Shown here: positions 1 to 12,666 of the stretch, piece by piece | Layout of the letters: each line of letters opens with the position of its first letter | Position numbering within the stretch: position 1 is the first letter of the stretch | Assembly (NCBI GenBank): GCA_964035575.1 | Contig: OZ037836.1 | Span: 620,001 to 684,000 of the forward strand | DNA: 64,000 bases | Reading direction: 5' to 3' | DNA from: Rhynchopus sp. YZ270_cl-10 | Lineage: Eukaryota | The notes under the pieces: model-generated | What the model saw: only the letters and a program-made list of their open reading frames with translations | Databases searched by the model: none | Told to the model about the DNA's origin: nothing | Program-made: the position numbers and the translations under genes

Positions 1-920
1 TGATCCCGTTCGCGTCGACGTCAAAGGTCACCTCAATCTGGGGCACGCCACGCGGGGCCGGCGGGATCCCGGTCAGGTCGAAGGTGCCGAGCTGGTGGCA
101 GTCCTTCGTCATCGCCCGCTCCCCCTCGAACACACAGATGTTCACCACAGGCTGGTTGTCCGCACACGTCGAGAACTCCTGGCTCTTCTTCGTCGGGATC
201 GTCGTGTTCCTCTTGATCAGCGGTGTCATCACACCCCCGTCCGTCTCAATCCCCACAGTCAGCGGCGTCACGTCCAGCAGCAGGATCTGCTCCGTCTGCG
301 TGCTCTTTCCCCCCGTCAGCACAAAGGCCTGCACCGCAGCACCAAAGGCAACAGCCTCGTCGGGGTTGATCGACTTGTTCAGGTCCTTTCCGCCGAAGAA
401 GTCCGACACCATCGCCTGGATCTTCGGGATACGGGTCGATCCTCCGACCAGCACAACCTCCGTGATGGCCCGCTTCTCAATCTTCGAGTCGTTCAGCACA
501 GACTCCACAGGGCGCAGGCACGACTTGAACAGGTCCGCGCACAGCTCCTCGAACTTCGCACGTGTGATCGACGAGTAGAAGTCCGTCCCCTCAAACAGCG
601 AGTCGATCTCAATGCTGGTCTGTGCCGCCGACGACAGCGCACGCTTGGCACGCTCACAGGCAGTGCGCAGACGGCGCAGCGCACGCTGGTTCGTCGTCAG
701 GTCCTTCTTGTGCTTCTTCTTGAACTCCTCCACGAAGTGGTTCACCATCCGGTTGTCGAAGTCCTCGCCTCCCAAGTGGGTGTCTCCCGCAGTCGCCTTC
801 ACCTCGAAGATCCCCCCGTCAATTGCCAGAAGCGTCACATCGAAGGTACCGCCACCCAGGTCGAAGATCAGGATGTTCTTCTGCCCCGCGCTCGCGTTGT
901 CGAGTCCGTAGGCAATCGCC

Positions 921-952
<32 letters not shown>

Positions 953-1459
953 GTCCATCCCCGAGATCGCCCCTGCGTCCTTCGTCGCCTGACGCTGCGA
1001 GTCGTTGAAGTACGCAGGCACAGTCACAACGCTCTTCTTCACCTCCTTCCCAAGGAACTGCTCCGCCGTCTCCTTCATCTTCACAAGGATCATCGCAGAG
1101 ATCTCCTCAGGCCTGAACGTCTTCGTCGTCCCCATGAACGACACCTCAATCAGCGGCTTCCCGTCCTCCTTCGCCACAACCTTGAACGGCCAGTGCTTCA
1201 TGTCGCTCTGCACAGACGAGTCCTCCAGCTTGCGCCCGATCAGACGCTTCGCGTCGAACACCGTGTTCGTCGGGTTCATCGCCACCTGGTTCTTCGCCGC
1301 ATCTCCGATCAGACGCTCGCTGTCTGCGAACGCCACGTACGACGGGGTCGTCCTGTTCCCCTGGTTATTCGCAATGATCTCCACACGCTCGTTCTGCCAC
1401 ACTCCCACACACGAGTAGGTCGTTCCCAAGTCAATACCGATGGCTCCGTCGTAGGACAT
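1..1459 (-). CDS. HSP70: Cytosolic heat shock protein 70 (3' part runs off the window start)
   Basis: Minus strand from ATG at 1459 reads [44 protein letters not shown] ... [17 protein letters not shown] ... [11 protein letters not shown] ... [23 protein letters not shown]. All are HSP70 signatures; no signal or transit peptide. Confidence 0.97.
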
Positions 1460-2006
1460 TGTAGTGTTGTTTTGTGGTCTTTGGTTTTTGATAGAAAAAA
1501 TAAGGTAAAAAGTGATGAGCTGTTTGTTGTGTGTGTTGTGTGTTGTGTGTGGGTGTTGGAGTGGGTAAGTGGTTGTGGGTATTGGGTGGTCAGAGGGTGG
1601 ACACTTGGTTGGTGGACGGGAGGGTGTCAGTGTGGATGGTGTTGTGGGACGTGTCTTTGGTGTTGTGCGTTGTGGGGGGAGATCTGCACAGATCGAGAAT
1701 ACGTGAAGAACGCACGGGCAGAAGGAGACAAGAAGAAGGCAGACATGTTGCCACTGAGACGATAGAGGTGTAAGACAAAGGGGACACCTCTGTGTGCAGA
1801 ACTGTATGCTGCAAGGCTGTGATGGGACGGGAGGGATGTCTCTCTCTGTGGGGGTGGACAAGTGTCAAAAGGGAAGTACTCAAACTGGCAAAATATCTAT
1901 TTTGATTCAGCCTTTCTGTTCATTTTTGGGGGAAGTACAGCGCAAAGTCAAATGGTTGTTGTTTATAAAGTAACGAGCAGCTAGCCTCTCAAAAGATGCA
2001 CATGCC

Positions 2007-4011
2007 TCACATGCACACACATTTGCGCTTGGTATCCTGTCCGCTTGGTATCATGAGGTTACGGCTGTTCACATGTTCTGTCACAACACTGCTCGATCCG
2101 GTGACGTTGATGCTGCTTGTAGGTATTTTGCATCCTTTTAGGAATCCTTTCCCAATGTGCTTCACCCTCGTCCACCCAGATAAGTTAAGTGTTTTCAATG
2201 CGCTGCAGTTGACGATGCACTCCTTCGCAACGTAAGTCACACTGCCCCACCCAGATAAGTCAAGTGTTGTCAGTGCGCTGCAATCCCACAGGAAGACCTC
2301 CTCAACCCGATCCACACTGCTCCACCCAGATAGGTCAAGTCTTTGCAATGCGCTGCAGTTGCACAGAAAGTAGTTCCCTATTTGCGTCACTTTGTTCCAC
2401 CCAGAAATGTCCAGTATCGCCAACTGGCTGCAGTTGGAGAGGAAGGAGCCCGCGATCTGCGTTACATTCTTCCACCCAGACAAGTCAAGGGTTTGCAATG
2501 AGCCGCAGTGGGAGAGGAAGCAGTCTCCTATTTGCGTCACATTGTTCCACCCAGATACGTCAAGGGTTCGCAATGCAGTGCATTTGGAGAGGAAGGAGCT
2601 GTCGATGTGCGTCACATTGCTCCACCCTGACAAGTCGAGTGTGGTAAGCGCACTGCAGTCGTAGAGGAAGGCACTGCCTATCAGCGTCACAGTGTTCCAC
2701 CCTGATACGTCAACGGTTCGCAATGCCCTGCAGTTGGAGAGGAAGCAGTCTCCTATTTGCGTCACATTGCCCCACCCAGAAATGTCCAGTGTCGTCAACT
2801 GGCTGCAGTTGGAGAGGAAGGAGCCCGCGATCTGCGTTACATTCTTCCACCCAGACAAGTCAAGGGTTTGCAGTGCAGCTGTTCAGAAAGCCGCTTTCGA
2901 TACGTGTCACACTGCTCCACCTAGATAAATCAGCAGTTCGCAATAAGTTGCACCCGTAAAGGAAGCAGGGATTTATTGCAGTCACACCTGACACAGTACT
3001 GAGATCAACTGCTTCGAGAGTGTGGTACGCTAGAAATTGCGACGGTATCTCAGTAACAACCTCTGCCTGCAGAAACAAATGTATCAGCTTGGGATCTGTC
3101 AGACCTTTGAACCTTTCTGACTATAAACGTTTTTAAAAATAGGATGGAACACCCCGTTCCGAAGAGGAATGCAGCCACCCCGAAAAAGTGGGGGTGTGTC
3201 GCCAGTCTGCGGTGAGAAACTCCTCCCTGAGTCAAAACTGCCGCTGGTTAGCGCTGGCTAAGGTTCCCTTTTCACCCGGTCACAATCGAGTCTCGCTCCG
3301 TCGGCGTTGACTGCACTGCAAAGCCCCTTGGTCCACCGTCGTAAAAAGACACCACAAAAAGCGTAGATAGGTGGGGGACCGGCAGGTTACAGACAGAGGC
3401 AGTACGGAGCTAAGGTGTCGGCGGTCGCGGGTTGCCGTGGAGGCCTGCCCCCCGTGGAGGTCTTGGGATCTGGGAGTTTTGTGGAAGTAATCGGCTCAGA
3501 GTACCCTGCATTCCATGCACGACTCGAGCTCCTTGTGGTAGGATATTGGGGTCCCGGGAAGCACCCTTCGCCCCGAGGTCCCACCACCCCAGACAGTTTG
3601 TAGGTCTAAAAGCACAACGTACTTGTCCAGGACCTGGCCGCTCTTGGGTTCTCTCGAAAAAAAGATACTAATCCCGTACGCCCGTGCACCGCAAAAATGT
3701 GCTATGGGGGGCGGTCCGCCGTCGGGACCTTTGAACCTTTCTGACGTCAGCCTTGTCTCACCCAAGTCACGAAGTGCTGCATTGGCGTCGTACTTCTGTG
3801 AGTTATTCGTCAGCACAACTGTGTCCCCAGCACTCAGCTGCGTGATGTAGTCTCCTTCGGCCAGCAGCTTCCCTCCGAAGCTCATGTCAAAGCCGTTTTC
3901 GCGCAACTCTGCTGCAGTCGCCACCTTCCGTCGTATGTCCGCAGTTGTATCATCCACACCCACCTCGACTGTGTACTTCTCTCCGTCAAAGCTCTTCACA
4001 CATATTTCCAT
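2007..4011 (-). pseudogene. UBL-LRR-CaaX paralogue A1, disrupted by a 604-bp insertion and a frameshift near 2875
   Basis: Collinear with intact copy 5069..6601 (MEICVKSFDGEKYTVEVG... to ...KRKCVCM). Broken by insertion 3122..3725 and by a small deletion (TGCACTGCAAACC) that shifts the frame between ORFs 2860..3078 and 2007..2858. Confidence 0.88.
3122..3725. mobile_element. 604-bp non-coding retroposon-like insertion (SINE-like) with 20-bp TSD
   Basis: GACCTTTGAACCTTTCTGAC is duplicated at 3102-3121 and 3726-3745. Removing the insert and one copy restores the LRR-gene sequence seen in the paralogues. No TIR and no recognisable ORF. Confidence 0.85.
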
Positions 4012-5068
4012 GGTTTTGTGTCTCTCTGTTTTGTGCAAGGTGTTCTGGGAGGAGAGAGATGGGTTCAAGTTTCCAACACCAGCGTGCCGTACCTATGCAT
4101 GTACATGTAAATGAAATACCCCGCCTTCTTTAGTTGTGTTGTTTGTTGTTTGTTGATCGCATCCAACGCGTGTCCTGAAGTACGGGGGAAGAGGTGGAGC
4201 ACAAAAGGGGAGAAGGGGAGACTCATAACATATGAAGAGCGTCTTTCACTTCCCAATTGTTCCCAGACGTATTGCACAGTCGTATAAAGGACATCCGCGC
4301 TGATCCGATGCCGTAGGTAAGTAGTCGAAACATACTGTTTTGAGACACAAAATTTTATTGTCCCTGTTGTCAAAATCTCTTTGTTTTTCTCTTTTGTCTA
4401 TTTTCCTGCATTTTTTATTCTCTTCTTTTGTACTTTCTTTTGTTTTGGTTGTTGTTAGATAAGCTCAATCGCCTATCGAGTTCTGTGAATAGCACGGAAC
4501 TCCTTTTCATGTGTATCCATGGAAAGACAGTATCATATGTGATACCGGGGTGATCCACACCTGGGAGCTAGACCGTTCATTCGGTGAGCTTGGTATAGTT
4601 AGAGAAAACAGAGAGAAAAATTGGAGGCATTTGTTTTTTTTTTTTGAAAAAAAGGTGTCGTTGAGAAAAAACAAACAACGGACACGCTGTGTAAAAAAAA
4701 ACGAGTGTTTCTCTGCGCGTGATATTTTGTGGGGAAGAATAAAACAATATGAAAAAAGTTCGTTGCGTTCCCACTATCGTTTCCACTCCATTCGGTTTTC
4801 TCTTACTTAAGAAAAAGGGGTAGTCCATTGGGCCATCTATGATCGTCTCCGTGAGACACGAAGCAAACTGTGAGAGGCTGGTCGGAGTTAGTGAGCGCTA
4901 CTGAGAACTTGTGAGGTCCTGTGCTGCGGTATCTCGCGTAAAAAAAAATCTCTCCCCGTTCATAGCTGGCCCAATTGCGGGGGGGAGTAAAATATGAAAT
5001 CAAAAAGTAGTTGTTTTTATGTGAACAGCATAACGAGCAGCTTTAGCCTCTCGAACGATGCACATGAC

Positions 5069-6601
5069 TCACATGCACACACATTTATGTTTGACACTGC
5101 GCTTGGCATCGCCCTTGATGATACGGCTCGTCACACATTCTGACACAACACTGCTCGATCCGGTGACGTTGATGCTGCTTGTAGGTATTTTGCATCCTTT
5201 TAGGAAGTCCGGACCAATGTGCTGCACACTCGTCCACCCAGACAAGTCCACTGTTTTCAATGCGCTGCAGTTGACGATGCACTCCTTCGCAACGTAAGTC
5301 ACACTGCCCCACCCAGATAAGTCAAGTGTTGTCAGTGCGCTGCAATCCCACAGGAAGACCTCCTCAATTCGATCCACACTGCTCCACCCAGATAGGTCAA
5401 GCATTTGCAATGCGCTGTTGTAGAGAAAGTAGTTCCCTATTTGCGTCACTTTGTTCCACCCAGAAATGTCCAGTGTCGCCAACTGGCTGCAGTTGGAGAG
5501 GAAGCAGCTCGCTATTTGCGTTACATTCTTCCACCCCGACAAGTCAAGGGTTTGCAATGCGCTGCAGCGGGAGAGGAAGCACTCTCCCAGTTGCGTCACA
5601 TTGTTCCACCCAGAAATATCCAGTGTGGTCAATGAGGTGCAGCCGAAGATAAAGTACTCATCAACCCGCGTCACATTGTTCCACCCAGACAAGTCAAGTG
5701 TTCGCAACGCAGTGCATTTGGAGAGAAAGGAGCTGTTGATGTGCGTCACATTGCTCCACCCTGACAAGTCGAGTGTGGTAAGCGCACTGCAGTCGTAGAG
5801 GAAGGCACTGCCTATCAGCGTCACAGTGTTCCACCCTGATACGTCAACGGTTCGCAATGCCCTGCAGTTGGAGAGGAAGCAGCTCGATATTTGCGTCACA
5901 TTCTTCCACCCCGACAAGTCAAGGATTTGCAATGCCCTGCAGTGGGAGAGGAAGCAGTCTCCTATTTGCATGACTTTGCTCCACCCAGATAAGTCAAGGG
6001 TTCGCAATGCCCTGCAGTTGGAGAGGAAGGAGCTGTCGATGTGCGTCACATTCTTCCACCCAGACAAGTCAAGGGTTCGCATTGCAGTGCACCGGTCGAG
6101 GAAGCCGTATTCAGTACGTGTCACATTGCTCCACCCAGATAAATCAGCAGTTCGCAATGAGATGCACCCGTAAAGGAAGGAGGGATTTATTGCAGTCACA
6201 CCTGACACAGTACTGAGATCAAGTTCTTCGAATGTGCCATCTCTCAAGAATTCTTTGGGTATCTCAGTAACAACCTCTGCCTGCAGAAACAAATGTATCA
6301 GCTTGGGATCTGTCAGACCTGCGAACCTCTCTTCCGTCAGCTCTCTCTCACCCAAGTCACGAAGAGCTGCAATGGCGTCGTACTTCTGTGAGTTACTCGT
6401 CAGCACAACTGTGTCCCCAGCACTCAGATGCGTGATGTAGTCTCCTTCGGCCAGCAGCTTCCCTCCGAAGCTCATGTCAAAGCCGTTTTCGCACAACTCT
6501 GCTGCAGACGCCACCTTCCGCCGTATGTCCGCAGTTGTATCATCCACACCCACCTCGACTGTGTACTTCTCTCCGTCAAAGCTCTTCACACATATTTCCA
6601 T
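5069..6601 (-). CDS. Ubiquitin-like domain + ~14 BspA-type LRRs + C-terminal CaaX (paralogue A2, intact)
   Basis: N-terminus MEICVKSFDGEKYTVEVGVDDTTADIRRKVA...MSFGGKLLAEG...LSAGDTVVL is ubiquitin-fold-like. 26-aa repeats xLxTLDLSGWxxVTxIxxxFLxxC; ends KHKCVCM. ATG at 6601. Confidence 0.9.
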   Translation of the reverse strand: MEICVKSFDGEKYTVEVGVDDTTADIRRKVASAAELCENGFDMSFGGKLLAEGDYITHLSAGDTVVLTSNSQKYDAIAALRDLGERELTEERFAGLTDPKLIHLFLQAEVVTEIPKEFLRDGTFEELDLSTVSGVTAINPSFLYGCISLRTADLSGWSNVTRTEYGFLDRCTAMRTLDLSGWKNVTHIDSSFLSNCRALRTLDLSGWSKVMQIGDCFLSHCRALQILDLSGWKNVTQISSCFLSNCRALRTVDVSGWNTVTLIGSAFLYDCSALTTLDLSGWSNVTHINSSFLSKCTALRTLDLSGWNNVTRVDEYFIFGCTSLTTLDISGWNNVTQLGECFLSRCSALQTLDLSGWKNVTQIASCFLSNCSQLATLDISGWNKVTQIGNYFLYNSALQMLDLSGWSSVDRIEEVFLWDCSALTTLDLSGWGSVTYVAKECIVNCSALKTVDLSGWTSVQHIGPDFLKGCKIPTSSINVTGSSSVVSECVTSRIIKGDAKRSVKHKCVCM

Positions 6602-7573
6602 GGTTTTGTGTCTCTCTGTTTTGTGCAAGGTGTTCTGGGAGGAGAGAGATGGGTTCAAGTTTCCAACACCAGCGTGCCGTACCTATGCATGTACATGTAA
6701 ATGAAATACCCCGCCTTCTTTAGTTGTGTTGTTTGTTGTTTGTTGATCGCAGCCAACGCGTGTCCTGAAGTACGGGGGAAGAGGTGGAGCACAAAAGGGG
6801 AGAAGGCAAGACTCATAACATATGAAGACCGTCTTTCACTTCCCAATTGTTCCCAGATGTATTGCACAGTCGTAAAAAGGACATCCGCGCTGATCCGATG
6901 CCGTAGGTAAGTAGTCGAAAAAGAAAAGAAAACACACTGTTTTTGAAACACAACAATTGTTTCGTATACTAACTATTCTACTGAATAGAATGGTATAATA
7001 GGGTGCACTAAATGTACCCAAACTTTCAACACAACAAGAAAAAGGGGGAGGCACAAACGATAGTAAACGAAATGTTGCTAGTAAAATGCTTTTGTATTCC
7101 CGCCTTCAACACCTTCCGTACATTATCCGCATGAGCCACGTGCAGAAAAATAGAAGTCCCCAACCAAAAACGGACCTACCCTGATCCAAGCAACAGTAAT
7201 CCCATTTGGCTACATCAACCCCCAACTCTGATCTTCGCACTCCACACAGGAAAGTATTCATTCTCAAAAGTCAATCAGTGAAGTATGCGAACTTAGACAC
7301 GTGAAAAATGAGGGGCAGGTGCAGAAAAGGGGGAGGGAAAATATACACCAAGTCTCAGACGTATAAATCATTTCCCACCACAACGTATTTGTCCTGATAT
7401 ACAGTAGTGTTCCCCCCTTGATGCACAGTAGTGGTTTTGGCCCAAAAAGGCAAAAAGGCAAAAGGGCGAACGCCACGTAGCAATATGCATTGTCTAAATC
7501 ATTTCCCACCAAACTATTTGTCCTGATAAAAAATAAAAGGCAAAAACGCTGTCTTGAGGGAACTATTAGTGCC

Positions 7574-8563
7574 TCACATGCACACACATTTTCCCGCGCT
7601 ACGGCTCTTCACATATTCTGACACAACTCTGCTCGATCCGGTGACGTTGATGCTGCTTGTGGGTATTTTGCATCCTTTTAGGAAGCCCGGACCAATGTGC
7701 TGCACACTCGTCCACCCAGATAAGTTAAGTGTTTTCAATCTTTTGCAGTTGACGATGCACTCTGACCCAATCCGCGTCACATTGTTCCACCCAGAAAAGT
7801 CCAGTGTCGTCAACGAACTGCAGCCCTGGAGAAATAAGCTGTCGATCTGCGTCACACTCTTCCACCCAGACAAGTCCAGCGTGGTCAACGAACTGCAGCC
7901 CTGGAGAAAGCTGTATCCTATGAGCGTCACATTGCTCCACCCAGACAAGTCAAGTGTGGTCACCGAACTGCAGCCCTCGAGAAAGAAGCTGTCGACCTGC
8001 GTCACATTGTTCCACCCAGACATGTCAAGAGTTCGCAATGCAGTGCACCGGTCGAGGAAGCCGTATTCAGTGCGTGTCACATTGCTCCACCTAGATAAAT
8101 CAGCTGTGTGCAATGAGCGGCATCCGTACAGGAAGTTCTCGCCTGTTGCAGTCACACCTGACACACCACTGAGATCAAGTTCTGAGAACCTCCCACCCGA
8201 CAAGAATCTAGAGGGGATCTCAGTAACAACTTCCGCCTGCAGAAACAAATGAACCAGCGTGGGATCTTCCAGACCTTCAAACCTGCCTATTGAGAGACTT
8301 GTCTCACCCAAGTCACGAAGAGCTGCAATGGCGTCGTCCTTCTGCGACTTCGTCTTCTTCTTCAGCACAACTGTGTCCCCAGCACTCAGCTGCGTGATGT
8401 AGTCTCCTTCGGCCAGCAGCTTCTCTCCGAAGCTCATGTCAAAGCCGTCTTCGCGCAACTCTGCTGCAGTCGCCACCTTCCGCCGTATGTCCGCAGTTGT
8501 ATCATCCACACCCACCTCGACTGTGTACTTCTCTCCGTCAAAGCTCTCCACACATATTTCCAT
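7574..8563 (-). CDS. UBL + ~7 LRRs + CaaX (paralogue A3, intact)
   Basis: Same architecture as A2 with fewer repeats; ATG at 8563; ends SAGKCVCM. Confidence 0.88.
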   Translation of the reverse strand: MEICVESFDGEKYTVEVGVDDTTADIRRKVATAAELREDGFDMSFGEKLLAEGDYITQLSAGDTVVLKKKTKSQKDDAIAALRDLGETSLSIGRFEGLEDPTLVHLFLQAEVVTEIPSRFLSGGRFSELDLSGVSGVTATGENFLYGCRSLHTADLSRWSNVTRTEYGFLDRCTALRTLDMSGWNNVTQVDSFFLEGCSSVTTLDLSGWSNVTLIGYSFLQGCSSLTTLDLSGWKSVTQIDSLFLQGCSSLTTLDFSGWNNVTRIGSECIVNCKRLKTLNLSGWTSVQHIGPGFLKGCKIPTSSINVTGSSRVVSEYVKSRSAGKCVCM

Positions 8564-8595
8564 GGTTTTGTGTCTCTCTGTTTTGTTTTCTTTAA

Positions 8596-10195
8596 CCCTA
8601 TACACCCCAAGAGCCACTTTAATGGCTTTCGAAATGACGCCATGCTGTTAGACAGGTTCAACTCATTTTTGTAAAAACATTTTTTTTATGTGGAAAGAAT
8701 TTGCACCGATCTTTCAAAAGAAGCAAGAGTCGAAAACTTTTATGCATCGGATATTACTTTCGGTGCTGGGGGCTGGGGTGCTACTTTCACCAAAAGTGAC
8801 GTTTTTTCACCCACACCCCCAATCTGTACCTTTCGCGATACCCAATGCCGCCAAGCCCTTAGTCGGGTTCTACCCATTTTCGTGAACACAATTTTTTATA
8901 TATTTCGAAAGATTTTTCGCCGATCTTTCAAAAGAAGCAAGAATCGAAAACTTTTATGCATCGGATATTACTTTCGATGCGGGGGGGAGGCGGGGTGGGG
9001 GTGTGAGCACCCCTGTGACCCCCCCATATTCTAAAATCTGTAAGACAACGTGCTCTGACATAGGTTCTACCCATTTTCGTAAAAACACTTTTTTTATGTT
9101 GAAAGAGTTTGCACCGATCTTTCAAAAGAAGCAAAAATCGAAAACTTTTGTGCCTCTGATATTACTTTCGATGCTGGGGGGAGTAGTACCACTTTTCACG
9201 GCCCTTTGGACGGGCACCCCCTATTCTGGTTCCTCAATGACACCCCATGCTCTGTATGAGGTTCTACTCGTTTTCGTTAAAATATTTTTATATATTTCAA
9301 AGATTTTGACACGAATCTTTCAAAAGAAACAAGAATCGAAAACTTTTACGCATCTGATTGCACTTTGGATCTGTGTACTGCTACCCACCCAAGAGGCACC
9401 CCTTCGACCCGAAGGACATGGTTATGACTAGGGGTCATCATGATCTGATAATGGTTCTGCTTGTTTTCGTAAAAATCCTTTGGTTTCTAGGGAAACTATT
9501 TGACTCAAATCTTTTAAAATAAGCAAAAATCGAAAACCTTTGTGCATCTGTTTGCCATTTGGATGCTGGGGCGAGTTGCCACCAAAACCACAAAAACACC
9601 CCACACACACGACCTATGCAGAGCACACAGTAAGCCGAATTTTCACTGTTTTTTCGTATTTCGGGGTGCTTTTTTCATGGATTTTCGGGTCACAGGGTCG
9701 TTCCGATCCATTCTGGGGGCTTTCGACCTCAGGAGATGCCCAAATTGTGAAAAATCGCCCATTTTTTACGTTTTTAGACATGTTTCAGTGTAAATCGTTA
9801 AGGAAACCAGTTTTAGACATGGCTGCTAACAGAGCTGCACTCATATAAGTTGGGTTCTACTAGGACTTTTTGCTTGATTTTTTTTTCTTTGAAAAGATTT
9901 TGTGATCAATCTTTCAAATAACGCCATTTTCGGACAACAATAATTTACGGGTTTTTCCTCGGCCGGCCGAATCAGTCAAAAACCAAAAAGTGGATTTTAT
10001 GCTTCCCTCATTTTGGGGATAACATTTTTTTTCGAAAAAAAACTTAAAAAAATGGAATTGAAAGCCGTGTTCAAAATCTTTCAATTGCGGCCAGGTACGA
10101 TCAAAAATTTGCATCTGGGGTCCCCTTACCGGTTGGAGAGCCCCAAAAACCAAAACTCAAAAGTGGCTTGAAAAAACGGCTTGGGAGGTATAGGG
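8596..10195. mobile_element. Non-autonomous piggyBac-like element (TTAA TSD) with internal ~200-bp degenerate repeats
   Basis: TTAA|CCCTATACACCCCAAG at 8592 and CTTGGGAGGTATAGGG|TTA at ~10180-10198. The right TTAA is split by the MITE 10199..10644. The motif TCTTTCAAAAGAAGCAAGAATCGAAAACTTTT recurs at about 8710, 8925, 9119, 9316 and 9510. Confidence 0.72.
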
Positions 10196-10198
10196 TTA

Positions 10199-10644
10199 CT
10201 GGGGGGGGGTCGAATAAAGCACGTACGTGTTTTATTAGGCGTCCCTACACTTCAGATCCTGAGGTTTTAAAAAAAAAAAAAGTTCGAAAAGGCGAATAAA
10301 GCACGTACGTGCTTTATTCGCCTTTTTGAACTTTTTGGAAAGTTTTTCCAGTCGCAATTTTTTTTTCGATTTTTTTTCGCCCAAGAGGTGATTTTGCTGC
10401 ATTTCCGAGCCAATCCCGGCTTGTGGTGGGGCATATTCGGAAAAATGGACAAAATTTCAGCGACTTAAATTTTCACAAAATACGAACTACCTTGTCACAA
10501 CACAGGAAAAGTTCAAAAAGTCGAATAAAGCACGTACGTGCTTTATTCGACGCAAAAAAAAGCAAAAATCCCATTTTTCAAATGCGTGCTTTATTCGACG
10601 TACGTGCTTTATTCGAATTACCTCGTTTATTCGGCCCCCCCCAG
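10199..10644. mobile_element. Tc1/mariner-type MITE (TA TSD) with repeated 28-bp palindromes
   Basis: TA|CTGGGGGGGGGTCGAATAAA ... TTTATTCGGCCCCCCCCAG|TA. Perfect palindrome CGAATAAAGCACGTACGTGCTTTATTCG at 10293 and 10522, with partial copies elsewhere. Confidence 0.8.
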
Positions 10645-11819
10645 TAATGAAGAAATACACACAAAAAAAACCCCCCCAAATATGGACATGCTGCTGTTAC
10701 GGGATGATGTTTGACTTGGTGTCTTCTTGGTTGGGGGGGAACTGAAGTAAGCGAGAATACGTGCAGAACAGGAAAGCTCAGAGAAGGTGCGTTCGTGGTG
10801 TAGTGCCCAAATGTTACCCCGCCCTTTTGCTTTTTCTTTTCTCTTCTTTTATTGAATAAAGAGGCGATCCCTACACTTGGCGAAGGCGAATAGTGGTGGA
10901 GCTCGAAAGGCAAGCGTACGAAGAGGCGCACCACACAAATGTCTGCATGTGCACACTTTCGATTTATGTGAGCTTTTTTTGTGACCCTTCGTCTCCACCC
11001 AAACCATTGCCCTCGTGTTGTGCAGGGGTCCAAACCAGTGATGTATATAGGTATCTGTATGTGGGACCAAATCCCACAAAAAACCGAGAAAAAAAAAAAA
11101 AACTATAGAATTTCGGGATTTTTTGCAATTTTTACCTTACCTTACAGGTCTCTAAGAGGGGTCCTGAAGGGAGGGACTCCAGAGCAACGCGACCCCACCA
11201 TGAAGAGCACGGTCGTCATCAATCCTAAAAAACGAGTCGGGATTCCGCAAAAAGGGGTTCTTTGAGTGACTCGTGGTGTAAAAAGCTAGCTTTTTACACC
11301 GTACCATGAATTTTTTTCGCCTGCGGCGCCATTTTATCTTATTTTTTTTGCTCCGCAAATCTTAACGTACACTCTCTGTTGATTCTAAAACGGGGGAGGG
11401 TAAAAAAGGCGTGAAAGGTAAATTGGGGAAGAGGTTGAAAAGTTGGAACGCTTCCTCACCCCAGATCACACAAAAAAAAAAACTACAGCTCCCAATGTCT
11501 TCCTTTGTCAGCAGTGCTGAATTTTTGGGCAAAAAAACAAGCTGACCCCGATCTTGAAATCTGGATTCCTGGATAGGACACTAGTTTGCCACACACAAAA
11601 ACAATGACTGCCTCACACAAAATCACCGTTTTGGTGGGTGCTGGCTATATAAAACCCTGCACACAACCACGCGAAAAAGGGGGTTTCCCACATATTTCCC
11701 CCTCTACTGCACCACCACCACCCCTATATACATTACTGGTCCAAACAAAACAAAAAATAAAACATAAAACAAAGTGGTGTATAAAAGGTGAGGCCCCGTA
11801 TAAAAAAATTACTGTAATC

Positions 11820-12666
11820 CATGGGTAGTATCTGGATCCAGTTCCAGGTGATTCCAGGTTTCTCAGATTTTTCGTGAAATTCCAGGTTTTTTCCAGGTAT
11901 TCCAGGTGATTCCAGGTGATTCCAGGTCAATTCCAGGTAATTCCAGGTTAATTCCAGGTAATTCCAGGTCAATTCCAGGTAATTCCAGGTGGGTTTAAGC
12001 AGAAATCTGCACGCAACACAAACACACATTCCGATCTGGAAGTGTGGACGATGACAAAACACTCGGTTTTTGACACTGCTGCTTCCACTGCTGCTGGTGC
12101 TGTCGCTGCCACTGACACTGACACTGCTGCCGCTGGAACTGTTGTTGCTGCTGCTGCTGTCTACCCTCTTCCTTTTCTGTCTCCTGTTTCACCGCAATCT
12201 TTTTCACTTGCGTGGTCGTTGCGTTTGGTTTCCTCCCCATGGTTTTTGTTGTTCTCTCTACACAGTGTAAATGTGAATAGGAAGAGAACTCAGGGATAGA
12301 GGGAGTGAGCGCTTCAGCGACAATGGCAAAGACTAATAAACGAAAGGTTTTTTAGAATTTCCATCACATGTGTTCCGGAGGGGGCCAAGATTGACATGTC
12401 CTTGACAGTGGGGGGTCCACTTTATATTTTGTGCGGGTTATTTTGGCCGGGAAATATGCATCTTCCAAAAACACCGGCATTTGCATTTTTGGAATCTGTC
12501 CGTCCAGTAGTGGGGTCACTTTGACAAAATGGACAAATTCTTGGTACATACGTGAAGACACCAGTAAAAAAGCCTAATTCCAGAAAAAATCCAGATCTGG
12601 AATACCTGGAATTTTTCTGGAATTTTTCTGGAATTACCTGGAATCTGGATCCAGATACTACCCATG
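11820..12666. mobile_element. Non-autonomous TIR element with 6-bp TSD (GTAATC)
   Basis: 22-bp TIR CATGGGTAGTATCTGGATCCAG / CTGGATCCAGATACTACCCATG. GTAATC at 11814-11819 and 12667-12672. Subterminal TTCCAGGT repeats in opposite orientations at the two ends. Confidence 0.82.

Noticed and set aside
95..1765. 556-aa + strand ORF
   Set aside because: Antisense shadow of GC3-rich HSP70, the well-known spurious 'NAD-GDH-like' ORF.
3496..4068. 190-aa ORF as an independent gene
   Set aside because: It is the UBL start of pseudogene A1 reading into the inserted element.
8700..9560. Regularly spaced ~50-bp repeats resembling a CRISPR array
   Set aside because: Units are degenerate, the intervening sequences are related to each other and ~150 bp long, there are no cas genes, and they lie inside a piggyBac-like element.
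12042..12299. Poly-Q/poly-A/poly-L ORFs
   Set aside because: Low-complexity CTG-rich tract inside a MITE.
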